Assembly: GCA_964608605.1 (NCBI GenBank)
Contig: CAZSOS010000002.1
Coordinates: forward strand, 105,569-169,568
Direction: 5' to 3'
DNA from: an uncultured Candidatus Saccharibacteria bacterium
GTDB lineage: Bacteria > Patescibacteriota > Minisyncoccia > Phycocordibacterales > UBA918
Length of the DNA: 64,000 nt
Position 1 is the stretch's first letter. Every line of letters begins with the position of its first letter. The translations under genes were made by a program, and so were the position numbers. Positions 26,715 through 35,639 of the stretch are shown piece after piece. The notes below the pieces were generated by a model. The model had not been told where the DNA came from, searched no databases, and saw only the letters and a program-made list of their open reading frames with translations.

Positions 26715-28238
26715 TTAGGTCTCCTGCACGTCCGGCAGCACCTTGACGGTGCGAGTGGCGCTGTCACCGCCGACGCAAGACAAAGTGAAAGTGACCTCTC
26801 CCAGCATCTGATGCGATACCGAACCGGTGCGGCCCGGGAGGGATGACAGGATAGTGGCCGCACCGGCCTTGATGGAACAACGGGCCGGGTCGTTGCTACC
26901 CAATTCCCAGCAGACGGGCACGTTCTCGCCTCTCAATACCAGATTTTTGCGGCACTCCGGCGACATGCTGGCATGATCGAAACTGGCTCCGGCGCCACCG
27001 CGTGTAGAGACGGTAACGCTGTCAGAGGCTTGCGTCGTGCCTTGTCCGTAGCACAGGAGTCCGAACGTGTGGCTGGTGTTGCCTATCGGCTCATCGAGCG
27101 TATTGTCGATGCCGGAGACGGCGTTGCCGGTGGCGAACCCGTAAAGCGGCGGCACGGCGGCGCAGGAAACAGTGTTAGCCGAACCACCTTGATTCCAACC
27201 CAGCTCGATCTGATCGGTAGGGTCGATGGTGAGGCTCTCGCTCCACGCCGTGGTACCGACCTTCCTCACCTGGAGATTGGCGGTCGGAGGCGGGTAGACG
27301 ACGGTCACGCTTTGCGTGGCCCAGTTGGCGGTCTCACCGCCTGGTCCGGCGCATTTGGCGGCGAAATTCCAGACACCGACGGTATCGAGAGTTTGGTAGA
27401 TACCGCTAGTACCACCACTGTTGGTCGATATGTCAGACGACCAACTGCCGCCAGGCGGCTGTCGTTGCAATCGACACGAAGTAGCGGGACCACCCACAGG
27501 TATATTAAGAATTTTATCCGGTCCGTAACTTACTAACACCTGACTGCCTTTCGTTATGGTGGCCGGTGAAACCGTCACCTTCGCTGAAGGCGCGGGAGGC
27601 GGACCGTATCGATATGCTGAAAAAGCCTTGCTGGTCGTCCCCCCAGGACCGGAACAAGTCACGGTATAGGTCATCCAAGAATCGTAAGCTGGCGTGTTCG
27701 CTGTCTGATAACCTGAGGTGGCCCCGTTACTTCCCGGAACGACGAAATTACTGCCCCAACAAGAAGTAGCGTTGTAACCATACCAGTACACTCGGAGACT
27801 TTGATTCCAATTCATGTAACGAGAAGTGGGAGCTTGGGCCCAACTGGCATCGAAGAGGTCGTGTTGAAAATCAATGACCGGAGCAGGAACAACGGGTGGC
27901 GGACAATAATACGTAGTGAAGTACAGCACCGGGGAATCGATGTCCCAGTTCTGCAACTGGGCCCAGCTTGAGGTATTGTGCGGCATGGTCACCGTCTGAG
28001 CCCCACCACAGGAACTTATGCCCCAGGGTCCGCCGGCGCTGGTGACCAAGCTGTAGTTCCAGGACTTGCAGGTGTTATTGACGTAGAAAGTGGCGTACAC
28101 GTAATTGCCGCCGGACACGCAGGATTGGCTGACCGTGAGATAAGGCTGCGGCTCGGCTTGGGCCGGAACCGGGTGTGACAAGGCTAAGACGCAAACGATC
28201 AATAGGAACGAGGCGCGAATGTAAGCGCGAACTGACAT
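26715..28238 (-). CDS. Secreted multi-module protein with a conserved C-terminal domain ending VLPDVQET
   Basis: Signal peptide, then repeated C-x-G-P-GG beta-sandwich-like modules. The last roughly 75 aa are homologous to the C-terminus of the 29928..31009 protein. Confidence 0.7.
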   Translation of the reverse strand: MSVRAYIRASFLLIVCVLALSHPVPAQAEPQPYLTVSQSCVSGGNYVYATFYVNNTCKSWNYSLVTSAGGPWGISSCGGAQTVTMPHNTSSWAQLQNWDIDSPVLYFTTYYCPPPVVPAPVIDFQHDLFDASWAQAPTSRYMNWNQSLRVYWYGYNATSCWGSNFVVPGSNGATSGYQTANTPAYDSWMTYTVTCSGPGGTTSKAFSAYRYGPPPAPSAKVTVSPATITKGSQVLVSYGPDKILNIPVGGPATSCRLQRQPPGGSWSSDISTNSGGTSGIYQTLDTVGVWNFAAKCAGPGGETANWATQSVTVVYPPPTANLQVRKVGTTAWSESLTIDPTDQIELGWNQGGSANTVSCAAVPPLYGFATGNAVSGIDNTLDEPIGNTSHTFGLLCYGQGTTQASDSVTVSTRGGAGASFDHASMSPECRKNLVLRGENVPVCWELGSNDPARCSIKAGAATILSSLPGRTGSVSHQMLGEVTFTLSCVGGDSATRTVKVLPDVQET

Positions 28239-28314
28239 TTGTAATCATTATCACCCATGGACAGCGCGCGATGAAGCCCGCGCTGTGGTTAACTCGGCTC
28301 GATCGTCGAGTGGA

Positions 28315-29883
28315 TCAGATCTCGTAGCGCGATAGTTTCCAACGGCCGCCTTCCCCTACCACTTCCCCGGTCTGAATGGAACCGTCCGCGCCGTATAACT
28401 TGCCCTCGCTTCGATTCCCGGCAGAAATGATGGAGGTCTGGTTCCAGATCGCCTGGACCCGGAGCATAGTGTCCAACTGATACCACATCAATCGCGGATC
28501 TTGGAATCTGGCGTGCGACAGCGGATGCAGCACGAAAGAGCTCGCGCTCATTTTCCTGGCGCCCATGACGCCGACGCCGGAGACGCTTTCATAGCAGAAC
28601 AAAGTGCCGGGCAGCCACGAGGCGTCATTGGTCAAGGTCTTGGCCGGACCCGGAACATAATTATAGATAGACCTCGAGGTCGCCAGCGTCTCGTCAAAAC
28701 CCAGGATATCGAGGGCGGCGCCGAAGAAGTAGGACACGTATTCCCCTTGCGGCACCAAGAACTGCTTGTCGACGGCATAGACATGTTTGTTCCGGATATC
28801 GTAATAAAAAGAACGCAGCACCGATCTGGTCGGCGTAAGGGAGATACGGGAGGTATCGACTATAACCGTATCGGAATCGGGATGCTCGGTCTCCAGGTAT
28901 TCCTGGAGGCGCGACACGTCCCCGAAAGCGAACGTGTATCTGGAATCTTCCGGCAACAGCACTAGATCGGGACCCAGCTCCAGGGCCGACTCCACGGCCA
29001 TGATCAGATCCCGATCCTTGGCCGCCTGGCCTTCCCGGTCACGGAGGCTGGAGATGGTGAAATCGGTGTCGACGGCGATGACGCGCTGGCCATCTAGAGT
29101 AGGTGGCGTCGGTACATATATAAGGTTCAAGATGAGAAGGACAGCTCCATAACCCAGCAGAGCGGGATTAGAGAGAACGCGCTCATGCAGACGCAGATAG
29201 ATCAGGCTGCCCAATAGCGCAGCGGCGGCAGTTAGACCGTAAAGACCGGCGAGCGCAGAGACCGGATCGAAGAGCGTGAACCTTCCGAAAGCCAATCCGA
29301 CGTAGCCATAGGTAACGTACGCATTGAGGTACGAACCCGGTCCCAGCACGAACAACGACAACGCGAGCGAACCGGCCAATTCCCCGATCAGCCAGGCTAG
29401 CGGAAATAATACCATCAAGATGAGCAGGGTCGCGCTTCGCTGCATCAGGTATCTTGCCGACAGGGCCGGCACTATCAGACCGGCCCCCAGCGACAAAGAG
29501 CAGGTGAACCAGAAAACGCCGATCATGAGGAGTTGGGCTAGGGCGCTCTCGACACCCATCCAGTTCATTGGGTACGAATACCAGAGCCAGAGCAGAGCGC
29601 CAGACGACTTCATCCAACCCACCAACAGCCCGAGTCCGGCGGCCGAAACAAAACTCTTCGATCGCTGGACCCCGATCAGGAACAACACTAGCCCCGGCAA
29701 TACCATGACACCGAGATAAGGAAAAGTAATGAGCGATAGACAGGCACCGCTCGCCACGAAGGCGACGACGGGGGAATTAAATGACCGTCCCTTTAACAGC
29801 TTCTTTGAAAGTGAGAGCGCGGTGCGGCTGAAGTTTGTTAAGGTCATGATGAGCGCGAAGCATGAAGCGATTTGACTAGCCAA
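28315..29883 (-). CDS. lnt: Apolipoprotein N-acyltransferase-like (multi-TM plus CN-hydrolase domain)
   Basis: Seven or eight N-terminal TM helices. The CN-hydrolase region has LVLLPEDS (Glu), DKQFLVPQGEYVS (Lys; compare E. coli HKRHLVPFGEYVP) and TLFCYES (Cys) motifs. Confidence 0.8.
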   Translation of the reverse strand: MASQIASCFALIMTLTNFSRTALSLSKKLLKGRSFNSPVVAFVASGACLSLITFPYLGVMVLPGLVLFLIGVQRSKSFVSAAGLGLLVGWMKSSGALLWLWYSYPMNWMGVESALAQLLMIGVFWFTCSLSLGAGLIVPALSARYLMQRSATLLILMVLFPLAWLIGELAGSLALSLFVLGPGSYLNAYVTYGYVGLAFGRFTLFDPVSALAGLYGLTAAAALLGSLIYLRLHERVLSNPALLGYGAVLLILNLIYVPTPPTLDGQRVIAVDTDFTISSLRDREGQAAKDRDLIMAVESALELGPDLVLLPEDSRYTFAFGDVSRLQEYLETEHPDSDTVIVDTSRISLTPTRSVLRSFYYDIRNKHVYAVDKQFLVPQGEYVSYFFGAALDILGFDETLATSRSIYNYVPGPAKTLTNDASWLPGTLFCYESVSGVGVMGARKMSASSFVLHPLSHARFQDPRLMWYQLDTMLRVQAIWNQTSIISAGNRSEGKLYGADGSIQTGEVVGEGGRWKLSRYEI

Positions 29884-29920
29884 ACCAGCAAAGCGCCGTC
29901 AGTGACGGCGCTTTGCTGGT
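29884..29920. terminator. Hairpin terminator
   Basis: ACCAGCAAAGCGCCGTCA-GTGA-CGGCGCTTTGCTGGT. Confidence 0.6.
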
Positions 29921-29927
29921 TCACTCT

Positions 29928-31009
29928 TTAGGTCTCCTGGATGTCCGGCAGCACCCGGATGAGCATGCTACTGACGTTATTGCCGTCCTCGCAGTCGAGC
30001 GTGATCACCGTTTCGCCGATGGCCGTGAAGTTAGTGGTACCGGAATCCCGACTGAACGGACCAGCGATGACCACGTTACCAGCGCGAAGCACGCAGTTGG
30101 CGGGATCGCTGGTACCGACGTTCCAATCTATCGGCACCTCGGTCCCCTTCCGCACGATCACCGAAGGCGGTACCGTACTGCCTCCGCCACCATCGCAGCT
30201 GGTATTGGAGACGCACGCGTCCTTGCCGTACTCGACATCCACCTCAGTGTAAGCGGAAGCCACTGACTTCACCGCGTCCGGCAGGCCAGCGCAATCTATC
30301 CAGAACCTAGTCTTCTCCGATAGCGGCCCCGTAGGGTGACCAGAGGAATTATTCCGCGCTTTATTCCCACTCCAATTGATCGGTGACGCTAATTGACGGG
30401 CCGTACAGGTAGTCGTATTGGTAGAGTCCCAAGTTAGGCTTGAGGCTTCTGAATATTTCACCTTAGGTGGATTTGCCCAAATACTGACCGTAGGATTAGG
30501 TGGCGGAGGTGGGGGCGGAGGAGGTGGGGGCGGAGGAGGTGGAGCGCAACTTGGAGCCGTGAAAGTAGTCATCAGCTGGTCATGTTCCGGCCAAGACAAG
30601 GTCCAGTGCTGCACCTCTATGGTGTAGGTCTGATTATGCGGAACGACCACGGTGGTGGGACCTCCATACCTATTTATGCCAGTAACGATGCCGGCCTGAT
30701 GCACGATCAGGTTCAGCCAAGGTTCATACGTGGCCACGAAACCGGACATACTGATACTTAAGACGACGCGATCACTATCATAGCAATACGCGGACACGGA
30801 AGTGCGCGGCGGTTCAGCCACCGTGTAACAGTTAGCGGCGTTATATTCGCAAGGATGAGTATCGCCACTAAACGATGAAGCTGGTGACGTCGCGGTGTGG
30901 GCCGACGCGATATCGGCCGTCCACAGAACCATCGCCATGGTCAGCAAGAACACGCACCCCGCCGCGCGCGCTCCCCTTCCTTGATCCGTCATGTTTGAAA
31001 TAAACCGCA
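29928..31009 (-). CDS. Secreted protein with a P15 polyproline linker and the conserved C-terminal domain ending VLPDIQET
   Basis: Signal peptide (start chosen at MRFISN, 31009). An (APPPPPPPPPPPPPPPNP) tract is encoded by a GGNGG repeat. The C-terminal 75 aa are homologous to the 26715..28238 protein. Confidence 0.7.
30488..30535. repeat. GGNGGN simple-sequence tract encoding the polyproline linker
   Basis: ggtggcggaggtgggggcggaggaggtgggggcggaggaggtggag, read on the minus strand as CCN codons. Confidence 0.7.
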
Positions 31010-31152
31010 TGATATTTTTTAAGTGATAGGACTTTAGCCTAATACTAATGCATGAGGGCGGAAGTTCGGACCTCAAGCTGTGAATAATATCTTCAATTGT
31101 CCACAACCGAGAGGATTGTGCATAAATGAGCCCGCCCGTATAGTTTCTAATA

Positions 31153-32340
31153 ATGACAGTCAATAAAATACTCATATCAATAGCGTCGGTGATCGCGCTC
31201 ATTTTAATAGCGGCGGGAGCTTTCTGGTTCTGGCTTAATTACGCGCCAGCGCAGAACGCGCCGGAAACCGGAGACTCCCTGGAACACAACACCGAGCCCA
31301 TAACCATGGTCCCCGAACCGCTCACCGGCAATAGTCCGATATCTGACCTGGCCGACTTCGTCGCCGGCGCCATGGACGCCGAGGGCAAGTTCTTGCTGAG
31401 TTATCGTTGCGAAGCCCAGAACTGCGAACCAGTACCCTCCACCGAGGCCACGGCCTTCGGTTATTCCCTGCTGGGACTTATCGCCGGCGCTGACGCTGGT
31501 AACGACATAGAGCTGCGCCGCCAGGCCGACCTAGCTATCACCCGCGCGCTTAGGTTGTGCGGACAGGATGCCAACTCCTGCTTGTCGAACTTCTTCGCCC
31601 TCGAAGAATACTACGAACGCACCAACGCCAGTTCTTATAAGCAGGCGCTGGAAAAGGCCGGTCAACTGCTACTTACCACCAACGCCAGCCGCCTGGACGC
31701 CGTGGTGGGAGCCTTGATGTTCTACCCTTACAAAAAAATGGAGAGTCTCTACAAGATCACGGATGACGAAAGCTATCTGGAACTTCTGACTGTCGCCGCC
31801 GATACGGCTCTGAACAACTGGCCAGACCGGATCGAAGGCACCGCTATCTATGAGACTGCCGCCGGTCAGAAAGTGAATTACAACCATCTGCTGATAGCCA
31901 GCACCTTATTCATCCCCGCTTACAGAGCCACGAATGATGAGAAATATCTGCGCGCCGCGGCCGATCTCTTCAAGCGATCGGAGTTGGAGCAACATGCCTT
32001 GGGCCTGCGCTCCGAAAGAGGCGTCACGCTGCTTCTTAACAGCATCGAGGGTCTCTTGGATCTCTCCAAGATCGAGACCTTAAGCCAAGCCGACAGGGAC
32101 GCCTTCAGATCCTCGGCCGCGCTGATCATGAAGGACCTGTTCGGCTGGCAGTACGATGCTGCCGATCGCGCCATTGGCGATGGCACCGGTGGCCTCTTGA
32201 CTGGGGTGTCCGACGCTACCGAACCGGCCGGAGTGAACTACAAGAACATCAACCTCAACGGCTGGTTCGCCTATCTGCTCGCGGACCCTTCCATGGCCGA
32301 TATCGACCTGGTCATCTACAAAGCGCCGACCGGGTTCTAA
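31153..32340 (+). CDS. Membrane-anchored protein, paralog 1 (helical-repeat, possibly (alpha/alpha)-barrel-like)
   Basis: N-terminal TM segment. Shares LSYxCxxxxxxCxP, CxxDxxxCxxNFFxLxxYY and recurring D-x-[KS]-YL motifs with the 33070..34146 protein. Confidence 0.55.
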   Translation: MTVNKILISIASVIALILIAAGAFWFWLNYAPAQNAPETGDSLEHNTEPITMVPEPLTGNSPISDLADFVAGAMDAEGKFLLSYRCEAQNCEPVPSTEATAFGYSLLGLIAGADAGNDIELRRQADLAITRALRLCGQDANSCLSNFFALEEYYERTNASSYKQALEKAGQLLLTTNASRLDAVVGALMFYPYKKMESLYKITDDESYLELLTVAADTALNNWPDRIEGTAIYETAAGQKVNYNHLLIASTLFIPAYRATNDEKYLRAAADLFKRSELEQHALGLRSERGVTLLLNSIEGLLDLSKIETLSQADRDAFRSSAALIMKDLFGWQYDAADRAIGDGTGGLLTGVSDATEPAGVNYKNINLNGWFAYLLADPSMADIDLVIYKAPTGF

Positions 32341-32359
32341 CTCTAGACACGACCAGGCG

Positions 32360-32392
32360 AAACCCGAGGTGACACCGCCTCGGGTTTTTTTG
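32360..32392. terminator. Rho-independent terminator
   Basis: CCCGAGG...CCTCGGG stem followed by TTTTTTTG. Confidence 0.6.
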
Positions 32393-32432
32393 TTCCCGAG
32401 CCGCCGATTGGATAAAGCTGTATAATAGCGGC

Positions 32433-33011
32433 ATGATACGGCAAATTACCGGGACGGTGGTGTCCATGGGAGACAACTTCTTAGTGATAGACGTACGCGG
32501 TATCGGCTACCAGATCTTCACGCCGCGATCCTCGGCTTTCACCCTAGGCAGCGGCATCACCCTGCACACTCACCTAGCGGTGCGCGAGAACGCTCTGGAT
32601 CTCTATGGCTTCACCGTTAGAGACGACCTCTGGCTTTTCGAGCGCCTGATCGATCTGCCGAAGATCGGACCGAAGTCCGCCCTGCAGATAATGAGCCAGG
32701 CTGACAGCGCCATGATCCGCGAAGCCGCGATCAACAACGACCCCTCTCGCCTCTCAAAGATGTCAGGCATCGGCAAGAAGAGCGCCGAGAAGATCGTGGC
32801 CGGACTCAAGGACAAATTCGAAGGCCACGCGATGATCGCCGGCATGGAGACCGCGCCGACCAACGAGGCCTCCGACACCATCGACGCCCTCATCGCGCTG
32901 GGCTACCCGGCCCCTGAGGTGCGGCGCGTGGTCCTCGAAGTACTAACCGAACATCCCAATTCCGTTTCCGCCTCGGAGATCGTCAGGATGTCGCTGCGGC
33001 GTCTGTCCTAA
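32433..33011 (+). CDS. ruvA: Holliday junction branch-migration protein RuvA
   Basis: MIRQITGTVVSMGDNFLVIDVRGIGYQIF...is canonical RuvA domain I. Both HhH motifs are present. Confidence 0.9.
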   Translation: MIRQITGTVVSMGDNFLVIDVRGIGYQIFTPRSSAFTLGSGITLHTHLAVRENALDLYGFTVRDDLWLFERLIDLPKIGPKSALQIMSQADSAMIREAAINNDPSRLSKMSGIGKKSAEKIVAGLKDKFEGHAMIAGMETAPTNEASDTIDALIALGYPAPEVRRVVLEVLTEHPNSVSASEIVRMSLRRLS

Positions 33012-33069
33012 TGGTTAAATTGAAGAACCCGCGGACTTTATATGGGTATGTTAAATTACTTAAATAAAC

Positions 33070-34146
33070 ATGAAAAAAATTCTCTTCCTTATCCTTATCA
33101 TCGTCGTGCTGGCAACGGCCGGAATTGTCATCGCCTGGCAACAGCGTAAAGTCGTGGACGATGCTGTTACGGCCGCGCCCGCGACCGCCGGCGAGCTGGC
33201 CGCGAAGACCATCAAATTCATCGATGCCGCGCTTGATCCCGCGACGGAACGATACGATCTATCCTATACATGCAGCGAAGTGCAGAAGACCTGTAAGCCG
33301 CGCCACAACCCGGACATTCCACCGCACATGGGTTACGCCATCATCAGCCTGAGAGAGGTCGGACTAGCGACCGGCGATACCAGATTGGTCGAAAAATCGA
33401 AGACCATCCTGCACGATGCCATAAATAAGTGCGCCGACGATCCGCGCTACTGCGAATGGAATTTCTTCCCCCTCCATCATTACTACAAGGCCACCGGCGA
33501 CCAGAAATATCTCGACGCCATGCTGGCGGTCTCCGGGAACGTTACCGCGCCCAGGCCGGTCAGGGATCTCATCAAGGCCAACATACCAGTGAAATGGTGG
33601 CGGCTTTATGACGCCACCGGCGACGAGAAGTACCTCAAGCAGCTCACTGATCTGGCCGACGAACAGCTGCGGGTGTTCCCAGCCGAGAGACTTAACGATG
33701 ACCTGGTCTATCGCGACGGCCAGACCGACGTGCGTTCATACGACCTGCCGATGATCTGGGCGGTGTACATGCCGGCCTGGTTCGCCAGCCGGGACGAGAA
33801 ATACCTCGCGCCGGCGCGGGAATTCTTCGACGCCACCGACCTGGCCGCCAATACTTCCCTTTTCTTCGATGTCACCGCGACCGGAAACCTGCTGAAGGGA
33901 GTGGAGTCTCTCTTGAACGCCGCCGAGGCCATCCCCGAGCGCCGGGAGGCATATCGGAAAGAAGCGTTGGACATATTGCGCGTAGTCCTCCAAGAACGCC
34001 TGGACACGCCGGATCGAACCCTGGTAAACGGCGACCATGGCCTGTTGGTATCCCCCCATGAAAAGGAGACCAATATCCAAGGCTGGCTGACCTATACCCT
34101 GCTGGAGCTAGGCGACGAACCCTTGAAGCTGGAGGGCCTCTGGTGA
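33070..34146 (+). CDS. Membrane-anchored protein, paralog 2 (helical-repeat)
   Basis: Paralog of the 31153..32340 protein. Motifs GDQKYLDAM, GDEKYLKQL and RDEKYLAPA recur every 50-60 aa. Confidence 0.55.
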   Translation: MKKILFLILIIVVLATAGIVIAWQQRKVVDDAVTAAPATAGELAAKTIKFIDAALDPATERYDLSYTCSEVQKTCKPRHNPDIPPHMGYAIISLREVGLATGDTRLVEKSKTILHDAINKCADDPRYCEWNFFPLHHYYKATGDQKYLDAMLAVSGNVTAPRPVRDLIKANIPVKWWRLYDATGDEKYLKQLTDLADEQLRVFPAERLNDDLVYRDGQTDVRSYDLPMIWAVYMPAWFASRDEKYLAPAREFFDATDLAANTSLFFDVTATGNLLKGVESLLNAAEAIPERREAYRKEALDILRVVLQERLDTPDRTLVNGDHGLLVSPHEKETNIQGWLTYTLLELGDEPLKLEGLW

Positions 34147-34183
34147 TTTTGGGCGACTGAGGCTTATAATGGTCTGACCAGAT

Positions 34184-35461
34184 ATGATCCTGTCCAGACT
34201 AAAATCATTGATACCCAGACCGCTTCTGGACGTCGCGCGGCCTCCATATCATTTCCTACTAGCCGCCATGGGCAGCATCGTCTACCGTCGCCCTTCTCGG
34301 GAACTCTTCGTGATCGCGGTCACCGGCACCAAGGGGAAATCGACCACGGTCGAGTTGTTGTCGGCCATCCTCGAAGGATCGGGAAAGAAGGTGGCCAGTC
34401 TGTCGACCATCCGCTTCAAGATACAGGATGACATCCGCCCCAACCTCTACAAGATGACCACGCCGGGGCGCTTCTTCACGCAACGCTTTCTGCGCCAAGC
34501 CGCCGATGCCGGCTCTGACTACGCCGTCATCGAGATGACCTCCGAGGCCGCCAAGCAATACCGGCACAAATTCCTGGAACTCGACGCCCTAGTGTTCACC
34601 AACCTTTCGCCGGAACACATCGAATCGCACGGCTCGTTCGAACGATACAAGAAGGCCAAGCTCGAGATCGCCAAACAACTGGAACGTTCCCTGAAGCGCC
34701 CGCGTTACGTCGTCGCAAACGCCGACGACGACCATGGGAATGATTTTCTATCCATCAACGTCGAACGGCGTCTCCCCTATTCGCTGTCGGATCTCGAACT
34801 GTACAATCTGCACAAGGACGGCTGCGCGCTAGTGATCAAAGAAGGCAGCGAGGAGATCACCCTCCGACTGTCCCTGGTCGGCCTTTTCAATGTCTATAAC
34901 GCGCTCGCGGCCATCACTCTGGCGCGCGCGCTCGGCGTCCGCTGGAAGGATATCGAAAGATCGCTCGGCCAGCTCGACAAGGTAGCCGGCCGCGTCGAGC
35001 ATTTCTCGAGCCCCAAGGACAGTCCGAAGAAACTGACCGCGGTCGTCGACTACGCTCATACTCCCGACTCGCTGGAGAAGTTCTACTTAGCCTTCAAGGA
35101 CGTCCGGAAGGTCTGTATCCTGGGAAATACTGGCGGCGGCCGCGACAAATGGAAGCGGCCGGAAATGGCCTCGATCGCCGAACGGCATTGCGACCAGATA
35201 ATCCTGACCAATGAAGACCCCTACGACGAGGATCCGAGACAGATCGTCGAGGAAATGGCCGCCGGCATCGAAGACCAGGAAAAGCTCGACATCATCATGG
35301 ACCGCCGCGAGGCGATAAGGCACGCTTTCTCCATTGCCAACGACGGCGATTACGTGCTTATATCCGGCAAAGGCACCGACCCATACATCATGGGCCCGAA
35401 CGGATCCAAAGAGCCGTGGAGCGACGCCAGGGTGGTAGAGGAAGAACTGACCAAGCTCTGA
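34184..35461 (+). CDS. Mur ligase family protein, MurE-like
   Basis: P-loop VTGTKGKSTT and the DYAHTPDSLEKF motif (MurE DYAHTPDAL). At 425 aa it is shorter than the typical MurE. Confidence 0.75.
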   Translation: MILSRLKSLIPRPLLDVARPPYHFLLAAMGSIVYRRPSRELFVIAVTGTKGKSTTVELLSAILEGSGKKVASLSTIRFKIQDDIRPNLYKMTTPGRFFTQRFLRQAADAGSDYAVIEMTSEAAKQYRHKFLELDALVFTNLSPEHIESHGSFERYKKAKLEIAKQLERSLKRPRYVVANADDDHGNDFLSINVERRLPYSLSDLELYNLHKDGCALVIKEGSEEITLRLSLVGLFNVYNALAAITLARALGVRWKDIERSLGQLDKVAGRVEHFSSPKDSPKKLTAVVDYAHTPDSLEKFYLAFKDVRKVCILGNTGGGRDKWKRPEMASIAERHCDQIILTNEDPYDEDPRQIVEEMAAGIEDQEKLDIIMDRREAIRHAFSIANDGDYVLISGKGTDPYIMGPNGSKEPWSDARVVEEELTKL

Positions 35462-35639
35462 CTCTGAAGTAAGGAGATCATGCGACAAAGAGGCCGGGGC
35501 GCTTAGCGCCTCGGCCTCTTTGCCGCATACCTATTCCGTCTAGTCAGACTAGACGGAATGATGCTGTGAATAAATCTGTGCATAAGACAAGGACAACCTG
35601 TGAACTTGCCGTACAATGGCTACATATACATATTAATAT

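Noticed and set aside
28180-28238. LPXTG-like reading of the C-terminal VLPDVQET (sortase signal)
   Set aside because: There is no Thr-Gly. The motif is at the very C-terminus, with no following hydrophobic segment or basic tail, so it is not a sortase sorting signal.
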